From assembly GCA_965114645.1 (NCBI GenBank), contig CBCOZL010000018.1:1981-65980 (forward strand): DNA of 64,000 nt, written 5' to 3'. The notes below the pieces were generated by a model. It had not been told where the DNA came from. It saw only the letters and a list, made by a program, of their open reading frames with translations, and did no database searches. This document shows positions 19,894-28,872 of this stretch, piece by piece. The first letter of the stretch is position 1, and every line of letters begins with the position of its first letter. The position numbers and the translations under genes were made by a program. The DNA is from an uncultured Lachnospiraceae bacterium (GTDB taxonomy: Bacteria > Bacillota > Clostridia > Lachnospirales > Lachnospiraceae).

Positions 19894-19993
19894 ATTTCAC
19901 GTTTTTCACTCCTGTCATTTGTAGGATGGATATGGTATGATAAACTAATATTTCAAATGTTGTAGTTTCTTTCAATATCAGAGAAAGTATGCG

Positions 19994-20119
19994 GTAATTC
20001 TTGGGACGCAGACTGCTGAGTCTGCGTCAATGAAAACACATCACAGAAGCAGTAAACGATGGCAAAGCCAACAAGAATTACGGAGTAATTCTTGGGACGC
20101 AGACTGCCGAGTCTGCGTC
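19994..20119. repeat. Two 35-bp palindromic direct repeats (19994-20028 and 20085-20119)
   Basis: GTAATTCTTGGGACGCAGACTGC[T/C]GAGTCTGCGTC twice, 91-bp period; each copy has the 10-bp inverted repeat GACGCAGACT/AGTCTGCGTC. Confidence 0.9.
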
Positions 20120-20209
20120 TATTATACTCTATGGAGAAAAAAGTCGCAACCAGGCGATTTTTTCCGAGTCAAAGTCTGGCAAAACCGGGCAGAAAGGATA
20201 AAGAAATAT

Positions 20210-22312
20210 ATGACGAGAGAAGAGGCGAGACGCAGGGCAAAGGAATTAGTGGGTCAGATGACGGTGGAGGAGAGGGCTTCCCAGCTCCGTTATGATGCGC
20301 CGGCGATTGAGCGGCTTGGCGTGCCGGCCTACAACTGGTGGGGAGAGGCGTTGCACGGCGTGGCGAGAGCCGGTGTAGCGACCAGCTTTCCGCAGGCCAT
20401 CGCTATGGCCGCCACTTTCGACACAGAATTATTGCGAAAGGCCGGGGATGTGGCGGCAACGGAGGGAAGGGCGAAGTACAATGCTTATTCATCGGAAGAT
20501 GACAGGGATATCTACAAAGGACTGACCTTCTGGTCACCAAATGTGAATATATTCAGGGATCCCAGATGGGGCAGGGGACAGGAGACATACGGGGAAGATC
20601 CTTATCTGACTTCCAGACTGGGTGTGGCTTATGTGGAAGGACTGCAGGGTGATGATGAGGTACTGAAGTCTGCGGCCTGTGCCAAGCATTTTGCAGTGCA
20701 TTCCGGTCCGGAGGCGGTGCGCCATGAGTTCAATGCATCAGCTACAAAGAAGGATATGGCGGAGACCTATCTGCCCGCCTTTAAGGCCTGCGTACAGGAG
20801 GCCGGGGTGGAAGCCGTGATGGGGGCCTACAACAGGACAAACGGGGAACCGTGCTGCGGAAGTAAAACACTGATGCAGGATATTCTCCGGGGCGAATGGA
20901 AATTTGAGGGGCATTACGTGTCAGACTGCTGGGCTATCAAAGACTTTCACGAAAAGCATCTGGTGACGCACACGATGGAGGAGTCAGCCGCGCTTGCTTT
21001 AAAGACCGGCTGTGACATCAACTGCGGCGTGACCTATCTTTATCTTCTGAAAGCTTTGGAACAGGGGCTGGTGACGGAGGAGGAGATTACAGAGGCGGCC
21101 GTGCGCGCGTTTACCGCGAGATACCTTCTTGGGCTGTTTGACGGGAGCAAGTACGATGAAATCCCCTACGATAAGGTGGAATGTGAGGAGCATCTGGAGG
21201 TGGCACAGCAGCTTACCAGGGAGTCGGTGGTGCTTCTGAAAAATGACGGTGTCCTTCCGCTGAAAGATGTGGCGGGAAAGACCATCGGTGTGATCGGGCC
21301 GAATGCGAACAGCAGAGAGGCACTGGTAGGGAATTATCACGGTACTTCCTCCAGATACATTACAGTTTTAGAAGGAATACAGGACAAAGTCGGACATAAT
21401 GGAAGAGTTTTATACTCCGAGGGCTCGCATTTGTTTAAAGACCGGGTGGAAAATCTGGCTTGGGAAAATGACCGGGTTGCGGAAGCGGTGACAGTCGCAA
21501 AGCACAGTGATGTGGTGGTGCTCTGCGTGGGACTGAACGAGACGCTGGAAGGAGAAGAGGGGGATACCGGCAACAGCTATGCGTCTGGGGATAAGGCGGA
21601 TCTGCTTCTGCCGGAACCTCAGAGAAAGCTGATGGAGGCTGTATTCGCTGTGGGCAAGCCTGTGGTGGTATGTCTGATGGCGGGAAGCGCGATTGACCTT
21701 TCCGAGGCGCAGGAGAAGGCAGCGGCGGTTCTCCAGCTCTGGTATCCTGGCGCGAGGGGAGGAAAGGCGGTGGCGGACATTCTGTTCGGGGAATGCTCCC
21801 CGTCTGGAAAGCTGCCGGTAACCTTTTACCGTTCCCTGGATGAGCTGCCGGCTTTCGAGGATTACAGCATGAGAGGCAGGACTTACCGTTATATGGAACA
21901 GGAGGCGCTCTATCCATTTGGATACGGACTGACTTACGGTGATGTGCAGGTGGAACATGCGAAAGTGCTCTCTAAGGATGGGAAGTCCGGGGATGTGACT
22001 GTGCATGTGGCGGTGAAAAACGCGGGAGATACTGCAACCGGGGATGTGATCCAGATTTATGTGAAAGACCAGAAGTCGCCTCACGCGGTGCCCAATCACA
22101 GTCTTTGTGCCTTTGAGCGGGTTTATCTGGAAGCAGGCGAGAGCAGAGAGTTAGATCTTGTTGTCAGTGGTAACGCTTTCCTTGTAGTGGATGAGGAGGG
22201 GACGTTTGTTTCGGGCAGCGGCAGTTGTGTGCTCTATGTGGGCACAGGGCAGCCGGATCAGCGGACGGCGGCGCTTACGGGTAAGAAATGTGTGGAGATT
22301 GCTGTGGGTTAG
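20210..22312 (+). CDS. GH3 glycoside hydrolase (beta-xylosidase/beta-glucosidase-like), cytoplasmic
   Basis: WWGEALHG, WSPNVNIFRDPRWGRGQETYGED, KHF, nucleophile motif VSDCWA, C-terminal Fn3-like domain; RBS AAAGGA; no signal peptide. Confidence 0.93.
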   Translation: MTREEARRRAKELVGQMTVEERASQLRYDAPAIERLGVPAYNWWGEALHGVARAGVATSFPQAIAMAATFDTELLRKAGDVAATEGRAKYNAYSSEDDRDIYKGLTFWSPNVNIFRDPRWGRGQETYGEDPYLTSRLGVAYVEGLQGDDEVLKSAACAKHFAVHSGPEAVRHEFNASATKKDMAETYLPAFKACVQEAGVEAVMGAYNRTNGEPCCGSKTLMQDILRGEWKFEGHYVSDCWAIKDFHEKHLVTHTMEESAALALKTGCDINCGVTYLYLLKALEQGLVTEEEITEAAVRAFTARYLLGLFDGSKYDEIPYDKVECEEHLEVAQQLTRESVVLLKNDGVLPLKDVAGKTIGVIGPNANSREALVGNYHGTSSRYITVLEGIQDKVGHNGRVLYSEGSHLFKDRVENLAWENDRVAEAVTVAKHSDVVVLCVGLNETLEGEEGDTGNSYASGDKADLLLPEPQRKLMEAVFAVGKPVVVCLMAGSAIDLSEAQEKAAAVLQLWYPGARGGKAVADILFGECSPSGKLPVTFYRSLDELPAFEDYSMRGRTYRYMEQEALYPFGYGLTYGDVQVEHAKVLSKDGKSGDVTVHVAVKNAGDTATGDVIQIYVKDQKSPHAVPNHSLCAFERVYLEAGESRELDLVVSGNAFLVVDEEGTFVSGSGSCVLYVGTGQPDQRTAALTGKKCVEIAVG

Positions 22313-22573
22313 CGTGAAAAGTGCACAATACCATATCTTGTATATAGCGGTCGAGATTTTTATCTCTTCCGCTATATCTTGTTTTTAGAGGTGGGATTAA
22401 CGTTATTTCGTTTATAATTTTTCTACAGGACAATTCTGCCCTGCCGGTTGCATTTCTGGATCGACTGTGTTATATCTGGGTTATACAATTAATCCAGGCT
22501 GTGGATCCCAGCCTGTAACCGTTTCTATGGAGCCTTGCTCCGTCACCGTTGTCTAAGAAAGGAAAGCAAATCT

Positions 22574-23467
22574 ATGAAGCAAAAAGAAAGTAACGTTCAG
22601 ACAAATTTTTCACCGACAGCCGCATCTTCTTTTGGCAGATCTTTTCAGGATGCCAATGGAGACATCCCCTACAATATGACGAATGATTATATGTTCCGCG
22701 CCGTTTTGCAGACAAATAACAAGGTGCTGCGGGGGTTGATCTGTTCTCTCCTTCACCTTGCAGAAGCGGAGGTAAGTGCGGTGGAGATCACAAATCCCAT
22801 AATCCTGGGAGAAGCTGTCAAGGACAAAGAATTTCGTCTGGATATCAATGTGGTAATGAACAATTCTGTTTTAATTAATCTGGAAATGCAGATTACGAAT
22901 AAATTAAATTGGGAAAACCGTTCGGTTATGTATTTATGCCGATCGTACGACCAGCTCAACCGTGGGCAGGATTACAGGGAGGCAAGACCGGCCATACATA
23001 TCAGTTTTCTGGACTATACGCTGTTTGACGAATATCCTGAGTTTTATGCGTCCTACAAACTGATTAATGTGAAGAATCATCAGAAATACAGTGATAATCT
23101 CACCTTGTATGTGGTGGACTTATCCCGCATTGATCTTGCTACGGAAGAAGATAAACAGTATCATATTCACGATTGGGCATGTCTTTTTAAGGCAGTCACA
23201 TGGGAGGAACTGAAAATGGTTGCATCGAAGGACGAATATTTAAAGGAGGCGGCACAGACTATATTTCGGATGAGTGCTGATGAGGAAATCCGTAAACGGT
23301 GCCGGGACCGGGAGGAATATTATCAAGACCTGCGTAATTATGAGCGAAAGATAGAGCAGGACAGGAAAGAATACGAGTGCGGCCGAAAAGCGCAGGCTGA
23401 TGAAATAGCGCGGCTTCGCGCAGAAATTGAGAGATTAAAGGGAAATAGCGGGAACATGGATAAGTGA
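22574..23467 (+). CDS. Rpn family recombination-promoting nuclease / PD-(D/E)XK protein
   Basis: NDYMFRAV, RLDI...NLEMQ, RSVMYLC and charged helical C-terminus typical of the PDDEXK_2 family. Confidence 0.88.
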   Translation: MKQKESNVQTNFSPTAASSFGRSFQDANGDIPYNMTNDYMFRAVLQTNNKVLRGLICSLLHLAEAEVSAVEITNPIILGEAVKDKEFRLDINVVMNNSVLINLEMQITNKLNWENRSVMYLCRSYDQLNRGQDYREARPAIHISFLDYTLFDEYPEFYASYKLINVKNHQKYSDNLTLYVVDLSRIDLATEEDKQYHIHDWACLFKAVTWEELKMVASKDEYLKEAAQTIFRMSADEEIRKRCRDREEYYQDLRNYERKIEQDRKEYECGRKAQADEIARLRAEIERLKGNSGNMDK

Positions 23468-23485
23468 GGTGAAGCGCGGGTTTCC

Positions 23486-23514
23486 TTGACAAAATGTCCT
23501 AAGTTGCATATTCT
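23486..23514 (+). promoter_or_regulatory. Sigma-A promoter of the cysE operon
   Basis: TTGACA-N17-TATTCT. Confidence 0.7.
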
Positions 23515-23563
23515 AAATATGGTAGAAAATTCTTGACGGCATTTTTGCAGAAGGAGCAGCTCG

Positions 23564-24265
23564 ATGGGTTTTATTGGCAATATAAAGGAGGAAATCCGCA
23601 TCATACGGGAGAGAGACCCGGCCATTCACTCGAACATGGAAGTTTTTCTTTATCCCAGCTTCAAGGTGATGTGCTATTACCGGCTGGCGCACAGGCTGTA
23701 TCTGCGCCGCCATTATTTCTGGGCCAGATGGGTTTCCCAGAAGGGCGCGCGCAGGACGGGCATCGAAATTCATCCGGGAGCGCAGATCGGCAAGGGTTTT
23801 TTTATTGACCACGGTCATGGTGTCATAATCGGGGAGACTACGGTGATCGGCGATAATGTGACGCTCTACCAGGGTGTGACACTTGGGGGCACGGGTAAGG
23901 AGCAGGGGAAAAGGCATCCTACCATCGGCAATAACGTGATGATCAGCACAGGTGCGAAAGTGCTTGGTTCTTTCAAAATTGGAGACAACAGCAAGATCGG
24001 AGCGGGCAGCGTGGTGCTCAATGAAGTGCCGCCGGGATCCACAGTGGTGGGCGTACCCGGGCGCGTAGTCAAGCGGGACAATATGGCGCTGCCGCAGGAG
24101 GAGCTGGATCAGACCCATCTGCCGGATCCGGTCCGGGAAGACATCATGGGTCTGCAGCGGGCCAACGCCGAACTGACGAACAGGCTGCTTGATCTGGAAC
24201 AGGAGTTGAAAAGTCTGCGCAGAGAAAAGAACGGGTTAAATGACAAAATGGCAGAAATAGGTTGA
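23564..24265 (+). CDS. cysE: Serine O-acetyltransferase
   Basis: [15 protein letters not shown]...FIDHG.GV.IGET, KRHPTIG hexapeptide repeats. Confidence 0.95.
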   Translation: MGFIGNIKEEIRIIRERDPAIHSNMEVFLYPSFKVMCYYRLAHRLYLRRHYFWARWVSQKGARRTGIEIHPGAQIGKGFFIDHGHGVIIGETTVIGDNVTLYQGVTLGGTGKEQGKRHPTIGNNVMISTGAKVLGSFKIGDNSKIGAGSVVLNEVPPGSTVVGVPGRVVKRDNMALPQEELDQTHLPDPVREDIMGLQRANAELTNRLLDLEQELKSLRREKNGLNDKMAEIG

Positions 24266-24321
24266 CATAACTAAAATGATGGGCAGAAGCGGAATGCAGG
24301 CTGCTTTGGCAGGAGGAGATT

Positions 24322-25731
24322 ATGAAAGTATACAATACATTATCTGGGAAAAAAGAGGAGTTTGTGCCGATTGAGGAGGGAAAGGTCAGCATGTATGTGT
24401 GCGGACCTACGGTTTATAACCTGATTCATATCGGAAATGCAAGACCCATGATTGTGTTTGACACCGTGCGCCGCTATATGGAGCACAGGGGGTATGAAGT
24501 CAATTATGTGTCCAATTTTACAGATGTGGATGACAAGATCATCAAGAAGGCCAACGAGGAGGGGAACGATCCTTCCGTGATTTCGGAACGCTACATCGCG
24601 GAGTGTAAAAAGGACATGGAGGCGCTGCATGTGAAGCCTGCCACAACCCACCCAAAGGCGACCTGCGAGATCGGCGGCATGATCGAGATGATACAGACGC
24701 TGATTGATAAGGGACACGCCTACGCGGCGCAGGACGGCACCGTCTATTTTAAGACGAGAAGTTTTCCGGGATACGGAAAACTCTCTCATAAAAATCTGGA
24801 CGATCTGAGGAGCGGAGGCCGCTCCCTGTTAGTGTCTGGTGAAGAACAGAAGCAGGATCCCTTAGATTTTGTACTCTGGAAACCGAAGAAGGAGGGCGAG
24901 CCTTTTTGGGAGTCACCCTGGTGTGAAGGACGGCCTGGCTGGCATATCGAGTGTTCGGTGATGAGCAAGAAGTATCTGGGAGAGGAGATTGACATTCACG
25001 CGGGCGGTGAGGATCTGATTTTTCCCCATCACGAGAATGAGATTGCCCAGTCGGAGGCAGCCAATGGCAGACCCTTTGCAAAGTATTGGATGCACAACGG
25101 CTTCTTAAATATTGACAATAAGAAAATGTCCAAATCACTCGGTAATTTCTTCACGGTGCGCGATATCAGCGAAAAGTATGATCTGCAGGTGCTGCGGTTC
25201 TTTATGCTTTCCGCTCATTACAGAAGTCCTTTAAATTTCAGTGCGGAGCTGATGGAGGCTGCGAAAAACGGTCTGGAGCGTATCGTGACCTGTGTTTCCA
25301 ATTTAAACTTCCTGCTGGAGAAGGCGCAGAAGCAGGAACTGAGCGGCGAGGAGGAGAAATCGCTCCTGCAGGCGAAGGATTTTGTGAAAAAGTTTGACGA
25401 GGCGATGGATGATGACTTTAATACGGCAGATGCCATATCCGCAATTTTTGAACTGGTAAAGTTTGCCAATACCTCTGTCGGCGAGGGGGCCAGCGCAGCT
25501 TATATCCGTGCGCTTAAGGATGAGATCGTAGAGCTGATGGATATCTGCGGGCTTTCAGCGGAGCGTGGGCAGGAGATACTGGATTCGGAAATTGAGTCGC
25601 TGATCCAGGAGCGGCAGGAAGCAAGAAAGGAGAAAAATTTTGCCAGGGCGGACGAGATCCGTGACCAGCTTTTGGAAAAGGGGATTATTCTGGAAGATAC
25701 GCGCGAGGGTGTGAAATGGAAGAGAGCATAA
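24322..25731 (+). CDS. cysS: Cysteine--tRNA ligase
   Basis: CGPTVY, HIGNAR, GRPGWHIECS and KMSKS motifs. Confidence 0.97.
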   Translation: MKVYNTLSGKKEEFVPIEEGKVSMYVCGPTVYNLIHIGNARPMIVFDTVRRYMEHRGYEVNYVSNFTDVDDKIIKKANEEGNDPSVISERYIAECKKDMEALHVKPATTHPKATCEIGGMIEMIQTLIDKGHAYAAQDGTVYFKTRSFPGYGKLSHKNLDDLRSGGRSLLVSGEEQKQDPLDFVLWKPKKEGEPFWESPWCEGRPGWHIECSVMSKKYLGEEIDIHAGGEDLIFPHHENEIAQSEAANGRPFAKYWMHNGFLNIDNKKMSKSLGNFFTVRDISEKYDLQVLRFFMLSAHYRSPLNFSAELMEAAKNGLERIVTCVSNLNFLLEKAQKQELSGEEEKSLLQAKDFVKKFDEAMDDDFNTADAISAIFELVKFANTSVGEGASAAYIRALKDEIVELMDICGLSAERGQEILDSEIESLIQERQEARKEKNFARADEIRDQLLEKGIILEDTREGVKWKRA

Positions 25732-26156
25732 CGATCCTCGAGGCAATCAAGCGGGATTTTGCCTGCAGGGAGATTGACATACGCACCTACTCGCCGTTAG
25801 CATTGGCATACATCGGAGATGCGGTTTACGATCTGGTGATCCGTACCGTGGTGGTAGAGCGGGGCAATACCTCCGCCAACAAACTGCATCATAAGACAGT
25901 AACCTATGTAAACGCGCGCATTCAGGCGCGGATGATCGAGGCGCTTATGGATGAACTGACCGAGGAAGAGCAGACGGTCTACAAGCGTGGAAGAAATGCA
26001 AAATCTTATACAACGGCAAAGAACGCCACCGTCATCGAGTATCGGAAAGCGACGGGTTTCGAGGCGCTGTGCGGGTATCTGTATCTGACGGGAAAGCAGG
26101 AACGGATGCTCACGCTGATCAAAAAGGCAATTGCGCTCGTGGAGATGGAGATATGA
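25716..26156 (+). CDS. mrnC: Mini-ribonuclease III
   Basis: LAYIGDAVY, KRGRN, TGFEALCGYLYL; position after cysS. Confidence 0.92.
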   Translation: MEESITILEAIKRDFACREIDIRTYSPLALAYIGDAVYDLVIRTVVVERGNTSANKLHHKTVTYVNARIQARMIEALMDELTEEEQTVYKRGRNAKSYTTAKNATVIEYRKATGFEALCGYLYLTGKQERMLTLIKKAIALVEMEI

Positions 26157-26175
26157 CAGCCGCGTAAGTAAAACA

Positions 26176-26255
26176 AGCGGCTGCAAGTCTGAACGAGACT
26201 GTGAAAGAAAGACAGAGCGGCTGCAAGTCTGAATGAGGACGTGGAAGAAAGGAAG
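26176..26255 (+). repeat. Imperfect 40-bp tandem duplication between mrnC and rlmB
   Basis: AGCGGCTGCAAGTCTGAA at 26176 and 26216, with similar downstream tails. Confidence 0.75.
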
Positions 26256-26270
26256 AGAGGTTTACATAAT

Positions 26271-27011
26271 TTGGAAGAAAATACAGGAATCATAGAGGGC
26301 AGAAACGCCGTGATTGAAGCTTTCCGGGCGGGCCGTACCATAGACAGGCTCTATGTGCTTGACGGCTGTAAGGATGGGCCGGTTATGACCATTAAGCGGG
26401 AGGCGTCCAAGCAGGGAACGCCTGTCAAATATGTGACGAAGGAGCGGCTGGACCAGATGTCCGAGACAGGCAGACATCAGGGCGTGATCGCGTCTGCGGC
26501 GGCTTACGGTTACGCGGAAGTTTCTGATATTCTGCAGAAGGCAAAGGACAAGGGGGAAGAACCCTTTATTTTGCTTTTGGACGGGATTGAAGATCCCCAC
26601 AATCTGGGAGCCATCATCCGAACGGCGAATCAGGCGGGAGCGCACGGCGTCATTATTCCGAAAAACCGGGCGGTGGGTCTGACGGCCACGGTGGCAAAGG
26701 CCTCAGCAGGCGCGCTGAATTATACGCCGGTAGCGAAAGTGACCAATCTGGGTCAGACCATCGAGGAACTGAAAAAGGAAGGGCTCTGGTTTGTGTGCGC
26801 GAATATGGACGGTACGCCCATGTATGGATTAAATTTAAAAGGTCCAATCGGCCTTGTGGTCGGTGCGGAGGGGAACGGCGTAAGCCGCCTTGTCAGGGAA
26901 AAATGTGATATGACTGCGCAGATTCCCATGCGGGGAGATATTGATTCCCTGAACGCCTCTGTGGCGGCAGGGATTTTAGCTTATGAGATTGTCAGACAGA
27001 GATTAGAATGA
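26271..27011 (+). CDS. rlmB: 23S rRNA (Gm2251) 2'-O-methyltransferase
   Basis: EGRNAVIE, HQGV, DPHNLGAIIRTA, VGAEG and SLNASVA SpoU motifs; probable TTG start after GAGAGG. Confidence 0.92.
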   Translation: MEENTGIIEGRNAVIEAFRAGRTIDRLYVLDGCKDGPVMTIKREASKQGTPVKYVTKERLDQMSETGRHQGVIASAAAYGYAEVSDILQKAKDKGEEPFILLLDGIEDPHNLGAIIRTANQAGAHGVIIPKNRAVGLTATVAKASAGALNYTPVAKVTNLGQTIEELKKEGLWFVCANMDGTPMYGLNLKGPIGLVVGAEGNGVSRLVREKCDMTAQIPMRGDIDSLNASVAAGILAYEIVRQRLE

Positions 27012-28390
27012 GACGAATAAATGAAATATTGGCGGTCGTGATCCTGTCACTGATGGCTGTGCTTGTGGCGGCGGTAGGGATGCGGCTTTATGATACCTAT
27101 GTTATAAATAAAAAGATGGAGTCTGAAATAAGGCAACAGGAGGAAGTGCGTTCAAGGAACCGGGAAGCCCATGACCGGGTGCAGGAGATGCGTCAGGAGA
27201 TCGAGGAGTTATCAGGGGACAGAGGCAAACTGGGACAGTTTTTGGAAGAAATTCGGATGGACTTCGAAGAGGCGATTCCTGTTACTTCGATGATGGGGGT
27301 TGATACGGGCGGAATGTCCGGGAACCGGGAGAGATCAGAGGAACCAGGGATATCCGCTTTTGAAGAGGCGACAAGTATATCAGGTAATATGATTAGCATG
27401 TCAGATAATACGACGGATGTGTCAGATAATAAGATGAGTGTGTCGGACAATGCAGGTTCTGTGTCGGATAATCAAGTGATATCGGATAGTACACGCAGTG
27501 AAACCGTGTCCGGCAACGGAACCATATCGGGGAATGCGGCCATTATATCCGGCAACAGTGCCGTATCTGAAAATCAGCTTGTGTCCGGGAATATGCTGGA
27601 TCTGCTGCCTAAAATAGAGATGGTGTCCCCAAAAGTGACGCTTGCGCAGCGCAGGCAGGTACGAAGCTCTCTGGAGGAGACTCTTTTGGTGAACTGGGAG
27701 GATCAGGCGTGCCTGGAAGAGCGGGGTGTTGATTTTTCCGGGAAGAAAATTGCCTGTCTGGGAGACAGCATTACGGCGGCGGCCAATCTGGAAGGGGAAG
27801 CAGGGTATCTCTCTTACTCTTATCCGTCTGTGCTGAAGGAGCTGCTTGGAGCGGAAGAAGTATACAATCTGGGGATCGGCGGCTCCTCCATCGGGCGGTA
27901 CTGGTCGGATGCCTTTGTGGAGCGCTATACACAGATCCCGGAAGATGTGGACATTATCATTGTTATGGGCGGCACCAATGACGGGTTCTGTCTGGCTGAG
28001 AAAGAATTTGGCAGTCTTACAGAGCGCAGGCCCTGGACCTTCTGTGGGGATCTGGATGAGCTGATGCGTGGGCTTAAGGAGAATTATCCTGATGCGGATA
28101 TCTTTTTCGCCACGCCGCTGCCGAATATTTTGCAGGATTATCTGATGCGGGAGCGGATCTATCTGCTGCCGCAGAAGAATGTGGCAGATATGATTTTGAC
28201 GTTGTCTGCGGCTTATGATTTTCATGTGATTGACTTATATAATTCAAATATACTGGATTCCCATGACGCGGATATTGTGGCGGATTATATGCCGGACGGC
28301 GTACATGCGAACAAGGCGGGTTATCGGATTTTGGCGGAACATATCGCGGCTGAGCTTGTGCGGTATTATGAGCAGGCTGCCTACTCATAA
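27008..28390 (+). CDS. Membrane-anchored SGNH/GDSL hydrolase with Ser/Asn-rich linker
   Basis: N-terminal transmembrane segment and coiled coil; GDSIT, GIGG, GGTND and DGVH blocks; overlaps the rlmB stop (ATGA). Confidence 0.88.
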   Translation: MRRINEILAVVILSLMAVLVAAVGMRLYDTYVINKKMESEIRQQEEVRSRNREAHDRVQEMRQEIEELSGDRGKLGQFLEEIRMDFEEAIPVTSMMGVDTGGMSGNRERSEEPGISAFEEATSISGNMISMSDNTTDVSDNKMSVSDNAGSVSDNQVISDSTRSETVSGNGTISGNAAIISGNSAVSENQLVSGNMLDLLPKIEMVSPKVTLAQRRQVRSSLEETLLVNWEDQACLEERGVDFSGKKIACLGDSITAAANLEGEAGYLSYSYPSVLKELLGAEEVYNLGIGGSSIGRYWSDAFVERYTQIPEDVDIIIVMGGTNDGFCLAEKEFGSLTERRPWTFCGDLDELMRGLKENYPDADIFFATPLPNILQDYLMRERIYLLPQKNVADMILTLSAAYDFHVIDLYNSNILDSHDADIVADYMPDGVHANKAGYRILAEHIAAELVRYYEQAAYS

Positions 28391-28500
28391 AAAGACTGAC
28401 AAAAGAATGACGGGTGGTTCCCTTTTTTGTCTATGGATATTATAATGGGGATTAGAAAGGCGGCCAGCTGCCTGCAAAGCGGGTTAAGAAGGGAGAGTAT

Positions 28501-28779
28501 ATGGATTTTTTTGAAAAAATTGGAGACACCATCACTTCAAAGGGAAAAGAAGTGACGGGAAAAGCGAAGGATCTGGCTGAGATTGCGAATCTGAGAGGAC
28601 AGATCAGCACCTGCGAGGACGTAATCAGGAAGAACTACATTGAGATTGGCAGATTGTATTATGAAAAAGAAGGATTGGAACCCGGGCCGGAGTACGAGGC
28701 GATGTGCCGGGCCGTCAGCAATGCAAAGACAGGCATTGAGGATCTGGAGGAGAAAATCAGAAGAGTAAAGGGTATATGA
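28501..28779 (+). CDS. Small coiled-coil hypothetical protein
   Basis: RBS AAGGGAG, typical codon use, followed by a terminator. Confidence 0.75.
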   Translation: MDFFEKIGDTITSKGKEVTGKAKDLAEIANLRGQISTCEDVIRKNYIEIGRLYYEKEGLEPGPEYEAMCRAVSNAKTGIEDLEEKIRRVKGI

Positions 28780-28811
28780 AACAACGAGCGCACACGCGCT
28801 CGTTGTTTTTT
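28779..28811. terminator. Bidirectional terminator between convergent genes
   Basis: AACAACGAGCG-loop-CGCTCGTTGTT followed by T. Confidence 0.8.
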
Positions 28812-28812
28812 C

Positions 28813-28870
28813 GAGTCCGCGAAGCGGATCTCGCAATTGAGTGAAGCTCGCAATTGAGCGAAGCTCAATT
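28813..28870. repeat. REP-like cluster of G(C/T)GAAGC-capped hairpins with a 17-bp tandem repeat
   Basis: GAGTCC-GCGAAGC-GGATCTC, CTCGCAATTGAG[T/C]GAAG twice, AATTGAGC-GAA-GCTCAATT. Confidence 0.7.
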
Positions 28871-28872
28871 TG

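Noticed and set aside
19994-20119. CRISPR array
   Set aside because: Only two repeats, a long 56-bp spacer that is itself structured, and no cas genes in the window; kept as a repeat finding instead.
20030-20209. N-terminal extension of GH3 given by the ORF track
   Set aside because: It reads through the palindromic repeat region; a good RBS precedes ATG 20210.
22308-22321. GGTTAGCGTGAAAA shared by the GH3 and fbp stop regions (second copy near 41680)
   Set aside because: Several 14-mer matches are expected by chance in 64 kb and the similarity does not extend.
23468-23563. T-box leader before cysE-cysS
   Set aside because: The gap is under 100 bp, holds a promoter close to the RBS, and has no T-box or terminator motif.
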